A stretch of 64,000 bases of DNA from the human T2T-CHM13v2.0 reference genome, Homo sapiens. This document shows positions 25,061 to 37,709 of the stretch, in pieces (the first letter of the stretch is position 1; each line of letters begins with the position of its first letter). The stretch lies in assembly GCF_009914755.1 (NCBI RefSeq), contig NC_060934.1; one strand, given 5' to 3'. Both the position numbers and the translations under genes were made by a program. The notes beneath the pieces were generated by a model that saw only the letters and a list, made by a program, of their open reading frames with translations, searched no databases and was not told the DNA's origin.

Positions 25061-28000
25061 GAAACAGGTAGTTACAAGCCATGAAACACAACTCTGGCAA
25101 ACAGAAATGGAAAAATAATTCATTAATGATATCAGGTGGTACCTATCTCGGGGAAGGCAATAGAATGGGTTTGGAGGTATATATGCAAACAGGATCAGCT
25201 TCCAAACCATATGAACATGGGTTCTAAGAAGAAGCCACGGCTACAGTAACTGCAACAGACACACCACAGGCAAAACTGAAAGAGGAGGACAGGAATTTGT
25301 GAGTAGGCCTGCAGTGACCTGGACTGGCATAGCAAAAGGCTATATAATAGAAATAAAAATAATCCAGAAATATATAAACCCTGGAGAGGCACTGAAACCT
25401 TTGAATAATTTTAGTCCCAAAAATAGAATTAAGTTGATACAGGATAACCAACATCCCCCAATGCCTGCCAGAAGCATAAATATGCGTCTATATCTCCAGA
25501 GAAATACATCATTCTAGGACCAAAAATCTTTCTTCAGTTACACGCTCTATCTAGCACCCAATCAAAACTAAGAATGCATGTGAAAAAAAGACATTGTGAC
25601 AGAAAGCAAGAAAAAACTCATGGGCACTAAAAACAGTTACCCGAAAAGATTATACTTTGAAAGAACTATATATAACATATATTCAAGAAAATAAGGCATA
25701 GGATTAACACTTCTAGCAGAGACCTAGAAAAGAAAAAAAATAACTGAAAGGGAATTTAAAGAACAAAATTACCAATATCAAGAGTTGAAGCGTAGATTTA
25801 GTAACACTTAGAAATAACTAAATTAGTTAATAAAAGATAAGTTAAAATATCTAAAAATAAAGCACAGAGAAACTTATGGAGGGAAAACAAAGAAGTATCA
25901 GAGATACAGCAACAGAGAATATCTAACGACTGATAATTTGAATTCCCAAAGAAAGAGGGAGAATGAGGAGAAACAATGTATTAAGAAATTATGTTGTTAA
26001 CTTCTCCAAAACTGAAAAAAGGTATCAAGCCACAGATTCAGGAAGTGTATATATATAGCAAACAAAATTTTAAAAATTCTATATATGCATATTTAAATTT
26101 CTGAGAACTAGACAGAGTGACCATCTCAGAGCAGCCAGGAATATGAAGACACATCACCTTCAAAGAGTGACACAAACACTGATAACTAATCTCTCAAATG
26201 AAAAGATGGGAGTCAAAAGACAACAGAACAATAACCCTGAAATAAAATTACTGTCAAATAAGGAGTCCATACCATGAAAAAGATATCCAAAAGTAAATTA
26301 GGGTAAAATAAAGAAATATTTAGACAAACCAAAACTGTGAGAATTTTCCACCAGTAAACCTTTACTGAAGAGGATTCTACAGAGAGAAAGAAATGATCCC
26401 AGATGGATGTTCACAGATATGAGAAAAAAATAAAGAGCAACAACAAAATGCATAGGTAGGTGAACTGAAATGAATATTGAGCATAGCAAGCAATAATAGT
26501 AATGAGGTTTTCAAATGTTAAATATACAAATTGAAATGTGAAATAAAAATAGTAATTTCTAAGAGTATGAAAGGTAGAGTTAAAGTGTTCTAATATTCTT
26601 GCATTACCTGGCAAAAGGTGAAAGAATGTTTATATTAAACTTTGACAAGTCAAAGATGAATAGTTGTTATTTTAGGGTAATCACTAAACAAATACTAAAA
26701 TATGCGTACCAACCAAACATGAGGGAAAAATGAATATTAAAAGAAATACACAGTTGATTAACAGGGAGAAAAGAGAAGAGAAAACAGGTAGGACAAATAC
26801 AAATAAAACAGTGCTATTGGAGATTCAAACCCAAATATATCAGGACTTACATAGCTCTCAATGAAGGACTGCAATAATGAAAAGGTAAAGATTCTTAGGC
26901 TGGATAAAAAAAAAAAATCAAAACCCATCATACATGTTTTAGAAGTAAAACAGCTATAATTAACAGCAGAGACCAAGTAAATCATGAAAAAAATGATAGA
27001 TATTGGTATAAGTATATTAATACCAGACAAACTAGATTCAAGGTAGAAATCATTACTCCAGAGAAAGAGATATTTCATAAACATTAATGTTTTGTCAACA
27101 AGTTGTAAGTCTAGATATTCATATACCTAGCAATATGGCATAAAATATAAAGCAAAGATTAATACCTAGGAGACTCGGACTAATTCAATATGATAATGAG
27201 GGGTTTTAATACACTCCTCTCTGTACAGACAGGACAGACAAAATAAATCAGACATGATATAGAATCCTTAAGCAACAGCGAACAAGTTTGACCCACTGGA
27301 AAATGTAGAGCACTACATCCATCTTCTATAGAATACAAGTTCTATTCCAGTGTACATAAAACATTTTTAAAGTAATTGACTATATAGTAGATCACAAAGC
27401 TAAGGGCAGCAAATTTCAAATGATTAAAAATATTTAGAGTACGTCTTCTAGGTATAGTACAATTAAGACAGAATTTAACCACAAAAAGATCCCTTTAAAA
27501 TGCACCCCCATATTTGGAAACAGAAAAACAAATATCAAATTTCTGAATTACCCATGGTTCAGGAAGAAATAAAAATCAAAAAATGTTTTCAAATGAATAT
27601 AATTGATGTTAATAAAAAGCTTTTGTGTGCAACTAAAGCTTTGCTGTGAGGGAAATATACAACCTTAAATGTCTGTATTAAGAAAGAAAGAATGCTGTTA
27701 TTATCTATCCAACACTCTTAAATTAGGAAGGTACAGATGAATGACAAATTTAAAATTAAATTGTGGAGGAAATAAAATACAAAAATCGAAAATGAATAAA
27801 ATATAAAGCACACACAATAAAGATGAGCAAAGTTTAAAATGGTTTACAGAAATGCCTGATAACATTTATAATTCTCTAAGAAGTTGATTAGATGGTGAGA
27901 AATTACCAAAAAAAGGAAATTTAAAAAGGCGTCACTAGGATGAGACAGAAATTTAAACAATTATAAATGGATATGAAGAACACACGATACCAATAAACTT

Positions 28001-28142
28001 GAAAATTATTTCAAATCATAAAACTTCTAGAAAACACGACTTACTAAAACTGGCAAAAGTAATTAGGAAACCTAAACACTGTTGTATTAATATTAAATAC
28101 ATTAGCCCTCTAACTACAACATTTCATAAAAGAAAACTTCAG

Positions 28143-28880
28143 CGTTTTAGTGATGGTTCTCGAGAGACAGGACCACTAGGATAGACAGAAGGATGAGACA
28201 GGATTGTTAAGAAGTGGCTCACTGGCTTCTGTATGCCGAGAAATATCAGCATAAGCAGAGAAAACTCAGCATTGCCACTCTGCTAACTGGATATTCAAGG
28301 GAGCGGGTTCAGGCCAGGTCCAAGGCCTCAGGCAACCTCTAAGCCAACAGTATGGCTCTCATCTCCAGGCCTCAGGCCCTAGGGCCCAGGGCCGCGGTGC
28401 CCAGTCCCTAAGATCAAAGGCAGAAGGAACTGGAACTCTGGGGTTCAAGAGCTGGAGAAGTATAACCTGGCACCAGGAGAGTGGGAATTCACCCTCTTCT
28501 GCCTTGTCCTTCCATCTAGGCCACAGCTGATTGGATGGCACTTGCCCACATGGAAGGTGGATGTTCCCTAACTCTGTCAGCCAATTGGAAGGTGCCCGCC
28601 CATATTGAGGGCAGATTTTCCACTCACTCTGTGCACAGATTGGTTGGGGCTTGCCCACACTGACAGCAGATCTTCCCTAATTAAGTCCCGGGACTTAATG
28701 CCAATCTACTCTGGAAACAGGCTCTCAGACACACCTGGGGCAGCCCACGCATTCTAATCAAATATCAAACGACCTGGGTTTCTTTTTCGGTAAAAGAGAA
28801 ACCCACCAATAATAGTACTTTACTAGCTATCTGAGTGTCTCCTAATTCACTCGAGTTTACACTCCAAGTCAACCATCACT
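28143..28880 (-). mobile_element. MLT2B-type (B3-like) ERVL solo LTR with internal triplication
   Basis: ttagtgatggttctcgagagac...ctggaaacaggctctcagacacacc...aaccatcac; near-TSD ttcag/atcag. Confidence 0.8.
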
Positions 28881-30049
28881 ATCAGTCTGTGGTATAAAAA
28901 TATAAAGACAGATGAGAAAAGGAAGGTAAAATTTAATCCTAATATTGAATATGGATTTAAATATCCTTTAAAAATTACCAAATTAAAGCAGTAAGTATAA
29001 CAACACATATAATCAACAGATTTATCAAAGAATGGGAAGTTTCATGTTCATTGTAATTGCAACATAATTCACCACATTTACAGGTTAAGGAGGAATCATA
29101 ATTTTATTATCTCAACTGCTGAAAAGGCCTTTGATAACATTCAATATCAGTTATTGATTTAAAAAAACAACTAAAATTAAGACTAAATTTCTTCACTTGG
29201 ATCTAGAAAAAAACCTAGAGGGGTTGTATAAGCAACCATTCTTTCCAACATTTAGTGATCACTGTAGCCACTGCAGTAAGTCAAGAAAGAGAAACCAAAG
29301 TTATGGAGGTTTGAAAGTATATTAAAATACTCATATCTGCAGATTGATATATTGTATCAAAAATAATCAGTAGGCCACTTATTAAAAATAATGCTAGTTT
29401 AGCAGTTTTGCTAAATACCAAGGTAGTACAAAAATCACTTGTATTTCATATTTCAGAAATATATAGGCTATGAAAAATTTTAAAGATATTTATCATTGCA
29501 TCCAAAAAATCAAATATGTAAGATAAAATACAATGAAATATATAGAAGACTTAGACAACAATTTATATTACAATTTACACAACATTATTGAGGGTAATCA
29601 AAGAAGACCTAAATCAATAATAGTACATATCATATTTAAATATTGGAGAACTCAATAATGCAAGACATGCCCATTTTTCCCAAATCAATATACATTTTGA
29701 ACGTGATTTCAATCAAAATCCAAGTGTGTATGTTGACATACGTGTGTAAATCTATGAAATAATCCTAAAAAAGATGGAAAAGCCAAAAATGTAGGGGGAA
29801 AGGCGTAAATATCAAAATTTGTTTTAAAGTTAAACTTATTAAAATCGTATATTTTAAAAAATATACAAATACACCTATAAAATAAAAGACCAGATCCAAG
29901 CATACATAAACCATTTAATTTTTGATCAAGAAGGTGCCACTGAACAAGTCTTTTAATAAATGAGGTTGGTCCGTTGAGGGGGAAAAATGGACCTTAATTC
30001 TTACATCACACCATATACAGAAATTAATTACAAGTGATTTCTAGATCTA

Positions 30050-30580
<531 letters not shown>

Positions 30581-30931
30581 CTAGGTTCTTGGCAACTGCA
30601 ACTTTAAGTGAAACTAGGTATAAAGAAACTATTTGCCCATAGGCTAGTTGATATCAACAAGAGTTAAGTTCCTACAGCATATTTCTGGTTGCAAAAACAT
30701 CACCAAACTTCTAAATAAAGACCCGAAACACTTCTGGTATTAAACACTGGAACAAATATGAGCTATTCGTATATTAAAGAAAGATTTTAAAAATCAAGCA
30801 AGATATTTACCCATTTGTTCTAGTTTGGGATCGCGAGCAGCCCGAGCCGGTCCTGGCAGCTCAAGGTGCCAGGTGGCACCCAGTCCTGAACAGGACACCG
30901 TTCCATCACAGGGAGCACTCACCCACACACC

Positions 30932-31158
30932 TGTTACAGGTAGTTAGGCAATGAGCGGGGCAGGAGAGGGCTCTCTCCCACCCGCTAGGAATGTCAGGTG
31001 ACATCGTTCAGCAATTATCGCATTGCCTCTCTAAAAATGATAATTGGGCAGCCAGGGAGAGAAAATCTCCTCAAGGTCCACACCTGCTAACATTACAAAC
31101 GTTCATTGAATGCAGGCGCCAGAGAGAGGCAACTTCCTCAGCCCGCCTGTTAAGAGAC

Positions 31159-31191
<33 letters not shown>

Positions 31192-31634
31192 GAAGTATCA
31201 GCTTCCGGGGACACATTCCATCGGAATAGGGGAGAAAAGCCTCAGATGGGCGTCTGGGTAAGTGCCCTAAAAACAATGCGCATGCTCAGTTCCCAAGGGT
31301 GAGGTGGGCACAGCGCATGCGGAAAGCCCATCTTAAAGGGAGAGTCTTGGGAAAGAGGCGAGCCTATAAAGTCTCAGGAGCAAGGTTGAAGGCCCCATCT
31401 TTCTCTCTTTTCTCTCCACCTTCAAGCGCCCACTTGGATCCCTTCCAAGCGGTCTTTCCTTTCCTTCCTGTTCTAAAGGCTTTTTAGTAAACTTCCACTC
31501 TTACTCTGAAACTTGCCTCATTCACTCTGATTTATGCCCCTCATTCCAATTCTTTCTTCTGAGGAGGCAAGGACTGAAGTTGCTATGGACGCATATCAGT
31601 AATGGGGTAACTCGGATCTCTGTCACCACTGACA
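30932..31634 (+). mobile_element. MER50-family ERV1 solo LTR
   Basis: TG...CA ends (tgttacaggtagttagg...ccactgaca); 4-bp TSD cacc at 30928-30931 and 31635-31638; ttctttcttctgaggaggcaag. Confidence 0.85.
31184..31400 (+). promoter_or_regulatory. Candidate LTR promoter (YY1, ETS, two NRF1-like sites, TATA)
   Basis: aaaatggcg 31184-31192, cttccgg 31202-31208, tgcgcatgc 31277-31285, gcgcatgcg 31313-31321, tataaa 31365-31370; activity is not demonstrated. Confidence 0.45.
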
Positions 31635-32455
31635 CACCCACACTCACTCAGACTGGGACTGTTCAGTCTCGCCAGTTCACTTAATGTGCACATCTCTGGG
31701 AGGTGGGGGATACCAGAGTGCCTGGAGAAAACCCGTGGCGGCGTGGGAGAGCGTTCTAACTCCACATTGTGGCCCCAGCCGCATCAACATTGTAACAAAA
31801 CGACATGGAATGAAACAACATTAATTCAAGGACCTGCTGTATTTGCGACACATGTAATTGACAGTGTTCTTATCCAGAATAATCCTAGTATTTTTAAATC
31901 TTATCAATCTATAACAAATACCATTTAGTGCTTTTATTTCTTTCAAATTTTTATTTATGTATTTATGTATTTATGTATTTATTTATTTATTTATTTTTGC
32001 CTGCCATGGTATGAGTTAGTCCAAATTTCCTAATACTTCATTTTAAAAAACAGATATGTATTTAATATCTTTATAATCTCTGCTGTATCTGTCACATGAC
32101 TGTACACAATGGCAAATCTAAACAAACTGAGTTTTATTGTATGTAATTCATTTCTCATTAAAACGGGAGGAAAACATCAATAGCTAAGTAGTAGGTCTGT
32201 ATAATTAAACACAAATTTTAAGGAGAAAATAGGTTTTTTTGGCAATACAATTAACCAGTACGAATAAGCAAAACAATAAATGTGCAATATATAATTTCAT
32301 CATTAAAATAAGACTAGTTTAAATAAAATAATGCATAATTTTTAACTAAAGAAGATGAAAATCATAATGTTGATTCTCAATCTACAGTACTGTGTAATTT
32401 CAGTGAAAGTCCAATAAATTTGCTACGGAATTTTTCAAGTGCATTGTAGATACAC

Positions 32456-33000
32456 TGTATACATATACTTCTATTTTTTGTCTATATTGATGTTTTGACA
32501 TCTTATAAGACCTTTCTGGCTGGGGAGACAATGTCCCTCCCAGGGCTATTCAATATTTCGAGATAGGAAGGGCTCAGGGAGGAATACACCTTTGGTCTAC
32601 AAACTAACCAATCCAGAGCTATCTATACGTCCTCTATCTGGCCCCTACACCCCAGGAGGCAATGTTCCTCGCCTTAATCATCCCAGGGCCAGGGACCGGA
32701 CAGCTAGGGATCACCCCTATTGATTAGAGCGTGCTGAAATTGATCAAACTGGCCAATCCTAAATGGTTTACACTGCCCTGCCTTGCCTGTCCAGTGGAAA
32801 CTCCAATAAAGATTTTGGCTTTAACCTTCCCTGGGCTCCTGTCTTCTGCCTCCTGACAATCCTGGAGTTTTTCCATGTGGCTGCAACATGCCTCCTGTCT
32901 CTAGGAACTGTGAGTATAATAAACTGTTTTCCTGAGCCTCTCATCTGTCTCTTCTTGTGGCCACACCTGATTGGCCATCTTATAAAAAAAATAGAAAATA
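32456..33000 (+). mobile_element. MER74-type ERVL solo LTR
   Basis: ccctcccagggcta...aaactaaccaatccagagc...taatcatcccagggccagg...gccaatcctaa...ggaaactccaataaag. Confidence 0.75.
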
Positions 33001-33062
33001 TCAAGAACTTTATATTTAAAAACTACATGGAAATATAAATAAGAATATCCAAAACAATTTTT

Positions 33063-33176
33063 TTTTTTGAGACAGTGTCTCGCTCTGTCGCCCAGGCTGG
33101 AGTGAAGTGGTGCGATCTCCGCTCACTGCAACCTCCGCCTCCGCCTCCCGGGTTCAAGCGATTCTCCTGCCTCAGC
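33063..33176 (-). mobile_element. Severely 5'-truncated Alu (end of right arm only)
   Basis: gagacagtgtctcgctctgtcgcccagg...cctgcctcagc flanked by TSD ccaaaacaattttt at 33049-33062 and 33177-33190. Confidence 0.9.
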
Positions 33177-33260
33177 CCAAAACAATTTTTAAAAAGAATA
33201 ACAAATGAGCAACTTTTCCTGCTACACTGTAACCATGAAGCCATTAAAATTGAGGAACAT

Positions 33261-33314
<54 letters not shown>

Positions 33315-34128
33315 CCTCTATTTATCTGTCCATGTATCTACATAACTATTCATCTATCTGTATATCTGTCTATCCGTTCGTCCATCTATCTACCTATCTG
33401 CCCAGCTATCTACCTAATTCTACATCTATCTATCTATCTGTATATCTGTCTTTCTGTTCGTCCATCTATCTACCTATCTGCCCATCTATCTACCTAATTC
33501 TACATTTATCTATCTGTCTATCTGTCTATCTATACATCTATCTTTCTGTTATCTATCTACCTATCTTTCTATTTATCTGTCTGTCTGTCTGCCTATCAGT
33601 CTGTCTGATTATCTATTTGTCTGTCTGTCCATCTATCTACCTATCTGCCCGTCTATCTAATTATACATCTTTCTGTCTGTCTGTCTATCTATATGTCTAT
33701 CTGTCTGTTAGCTATCTACCTATCTTTCTATTTATCTATATGTCTGCCTGCCTATCAATCTGTCTTTCTACCTATCTTTCTGTTTATCTGTCTGTCTGCC
33801 TGTCAATCTGTCTATTTATCTGTCTCTGTGTGTGTGTGTCTGTCTGTGTCTGCCTATCTGTCTAACTGTCCATCTGTCTATGTATCTATGTATGTATGTA
33901 TGTATCTATCTTTCTATCTCTATTTATCTATCTATGTATCTATGTATCTATCTTTTGGTCTGTCTGTCTATCTGCCTATCTGTGTGTCTGTCTATCTATC
34001 TATGTATCTATCTGTCTGTCTGTCTCTCTACCTATCTATCCGTCTGTCTGTCCATTTATTTATCTGCCTGTCCATGTCTGTCTGTCTGCATACCTATCTA
34101 TCTGTCTATCTGGCTATCATCTATCTGA
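33261..34128. repeat. (TCTA)13 STR plus about 0.8 kb of degenerate TCTA/TCTG compound repeat
   Basis: Pure tcta array at 33261-33312, then mixed tcta/tctg/tgta/ccta units. Confidence 0.95.
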
Positions 34129-35369
34129 TCTCCTTGATGATATTATGGATATTCACCAGATTTTATAAACATTCTGTGGGAAAAACATATTATAAAACAA
34201 TTGTAACTAAAACAATTTGGTATTAGGACACAAATATAGTAATTGACCAATGGAACTGAGTAGAGTCTACAACATAGACCAACATGTTTTATGTGTGTTC
34301 AGTGTATGTGAGATAATTTAGTGTGTGATAGAAATAGCATTTTCAAGTCACTGGTGATAGGACAGATAACTGAATTAATGGCGTTAGCCTAAGTGGCTGT
34401 TCTTTTGGAAAAATAAAACAAAGTTAAATTATTATTTTAAAATACTCTAAAATATTCTATTAATATTTTAAAGCATATTTTTAAAAACATGCTTCAGAAA
34501 AATCTTTAAAACTATTAAAATTGTGTTAACAAAAGAATGTTTACAAACCTGGAAGGCAGCTATGCTCACCACCAATGTTTAAAAACTTGGGATAGGAAAA
34601 ACCCATAAGAGATAATAAAAATGTAAAAATCATAACAAATATTTGACATGATCAGACAATTCAGAGAAAATAAAAGAAAAATAACCATAAATACCATATG
34701 GTCAACCTTTTAGTAATCAAGAAAGTACAAATCAAAACAATGAGATGAGAGTTATACCAAATTTTAAAAATCAAATAATATCAACTGTAAGTGAGAATGT
34801 ACATAAGTGGATTATCTCATGTTACTGTGAATTTGGGATTATCTATTAAATGTTAAGTGTCGTAATTCCATAGTCCAAGAAGTCTACTTTGAGGTATCTA
34901 CCCTAGAAGAATTGTTCATGAATACAGAGATATGTCCAAGAAAATTCATTGACTGTTACAATAGTGGAAACATGAAAACAACTTCAATGAGACCATCACT
35001 GAAAGAACAATTTAATAAACTACAGAATACACATATTGTAGGTTACTATGCAGCTATAAAAATACCTGGAGGTCTCCAAACATATTCTTATGTTTAAAAC
35101 ATAAATCAAGTACAATATTATATCCATATTTTTGAAATCCACAAATATAATACCTTTTTACATTCATATATGTTTGTCATTATACGTACGATTTATCTAA
35201 GGACATATACAAAGCTAACATCATTGATAACCTCTGAGAGGAGACTAGAATGTATTACTGTTGTTACAAAAGGCTCTGCAAGGCAATAAATTCATATATT
35301 ATTTTAATGAATAAAGAATTCCTAAAATGTAACACTACATCCTGCTTTATTTTATAGCTAGGGGAGGAG

Positions 35370-35376
<7 letters not shown>

Positions 35377-35405
<29 letters not shown>
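35377..35405. repeat. (CT)n microsatellite
   Basis: Direct ctctct run. Confidence 0.9.
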
Positions 35406-35409
<4 letters not shown>

Positions 35410-35789
35410 TGCCATGTCAATAGTTTTCCTCTAATTACTATTACACATAAATAGTTTCTCTGGATGTGTGAGTGGCACTGTAGATCCACTCTCTTTCTGT
35501 GCGCTTTATTCTGAATGATTTGTGTTCTGCCTTCTGTGGTCTGTAATATCTCCATGTAAAATCTGAGTATGTTGTGATTCTGCTGATACAACGGGAGGGG
35601 AGATTTTACATATCATGTATTTTGCTAGAAGAGTTAACTCCCTGATTGAAATCTAGTAAAAAATAGTTAGGCCAAAACCCCACCTTGTAAAAGTATTATA
35701 CGTCCTTTTTAGGATGTATAAGCAGTGGGGCATGGTGGATAAGAACATGGCTTTGTAAAATAAGTCACTTCATTTTCAAAGTAAAGGAG

Positions 35790-36245
35790 TAAAGTACGTA
35801 TGTTCATCTCAATAGATGCAACTAATAATAATACAAGTTGGGAGTTAAGGGACATTTCTTAATCTTGTAAAGCATATCCCTAAAAAAAACCCACAGCCTA
35901 TGTACTTTAAATGGTACATGAAGGGTTTCATTTAATATAAAAAAGAGACTAGTACTTCTATTCAATCTTTTACTTGAAGCCTCAGCAAATGTAATAAGGC
36001 AAGAAAAATAAATACATGTGTAAGAATTTGAAAAGAAATAAAGCAACTATTATTTGAATATAATATTGTATATTTGAAAAACTCCAAATTATATACAGAA
36101 AATGTTAGAATTAATAGCAGTTCTTAGAAAATGGTTGGTGTAAGATTAATACACACACACACACATATACGCACACATATAAATAAGATATTTTCTGTAA
36201 AACAGCAGCTACAGAAAATACATCTTAAATTACTTTTATATATAA
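35790..36245 (+). mobile_element. Old L1 ORF2 fragment
   Basis: tcatctcaatagatgca...gtaataaggcaagaaaaataaata...aaaatgttagaattaata. Confidence 0.6.
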
Positions 36246-37709
36246 TTTGAGATGTCAGATAATATTAGTCTCCTACAGGAAGAATTTTTGTTTCCTTCTG
36301 CCAGGACCAAGGCTGGATTTTTTTCTATGTTGGCAAAACAATGCTGAGTACAGCCTGGAGAGTCTTTTAAGTCCAGATATGGAGTGGGGATTGTATTCTA
36401 GGATTTGTGCATTGAGAGGGTGGAAAACTCTAACCAAGCTCTTTCAGCACATGTTATCCACCAAGTAGGTTAACCTTGTAGATATCTCCTGAGATAAACA
36501 TATGTCCTGTTGTGAAAAACTGCAAATCTTGGTTGCATGTAAGGTGAATGAAGCATACTATTCAGAGAAGAGCCATATTCAGGTCATACAGGTTCCTATC
36601 TCCTAACAACTCTTGACTCTGACATCTGCCCCATTGCATCAAGTCATTAACAAGAAAGGGCTGAGACACTTAACTGCTTTTCCTGGACTACGTACTCCTA
36701 GGACTGAAACCTCTCAGTATCACCTGTTCAGGCTCTTTTATAAATTCCTGCCTAGGAATCTGTCACTATTTTGTTGGGCCATGAACACTATAGAGTGGTT
36801 TTTATTTTCTATTCCCTCCAGGTTTTTGTTGTTGTTTCTTATCGCAAGAGAGTTACTTGTACTACTACATAATAATCCTTTATCAAGAACCTGGAAATGC
36901 CTTGGATATCTTTCCAAATCCTGGTGTATAAGTAGTCATGGCCTCTCTTTCCATACCTAATACTATTTACTCATCCCTTTCTTCTTTTTCCTTATCAATC
37001 TCAACAGAGGCTTATCTATCATATTAGTCTTCATAAAATACCAACCGTTTACTCTGGTGATCAGTGCTATTGTAGGTTTGTTTTCTATTCTTTAATTTCT
37101 GTTCTTATGTTTATTTTCTCCCCCTTTCCACTTCTTTGAATTTATTCTGTTGAAAATACTAATTTTGCAGCTAATTCATTTTGAGCTATCATTAACACTC
37201 ACTATACATAGTGATAGGAATCCTTTTCTGTCTTTACTTCACAAATTTAATCTAAACTATTTTTATTATTAATAAAGATGAAAGTATTTTAAAATTCATA
37301 TGATAATGTCTCCTACCACAAGTTGTTTATTTGTGTATTCCAAATTCTCAACTTATGATTTTTTTAAATGTTACATTTGATACTAATTTTTACTTAATTG
37401 CAATATGGTCATTGCATACCCATTTTTAATAATTTATTGACTTGTTCTATGTAAACGGTCATTTGAAAAAATATCCATCTGTGCTTGAGAAGAACACAGG
37501 CACACATCAGAGATGTGGGTTCAGTTTCTGACTACCTCAATAAAGAAAATATACAATGTTTTTTCATTTCCTACTGCATATCAAAGTTATGTTTACACTA
37601 TATTCTAGTCCATGAAATGTGCAATAGCATTATGTCCAAAAAACAAAATACATAACTGAATTTAAAAATGCGTTATGGCTGAAAAATGCTAAAAGTCATC
37701 TGAGCCTTC

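Noticed and set aside
28524-28690. Regularly spaced repeats as a CRISPR-like array
   Set aside because: The units are contiguous diverged tandem copies within an LTR, with no unique spacers or cas genes, in primate DNA
33075-34226. Longest ORFs in the window (140-177 aa, LSIY/SVCL-rich)
   Set aside because: Artefacts of the TCTA/TCTG simple repeat
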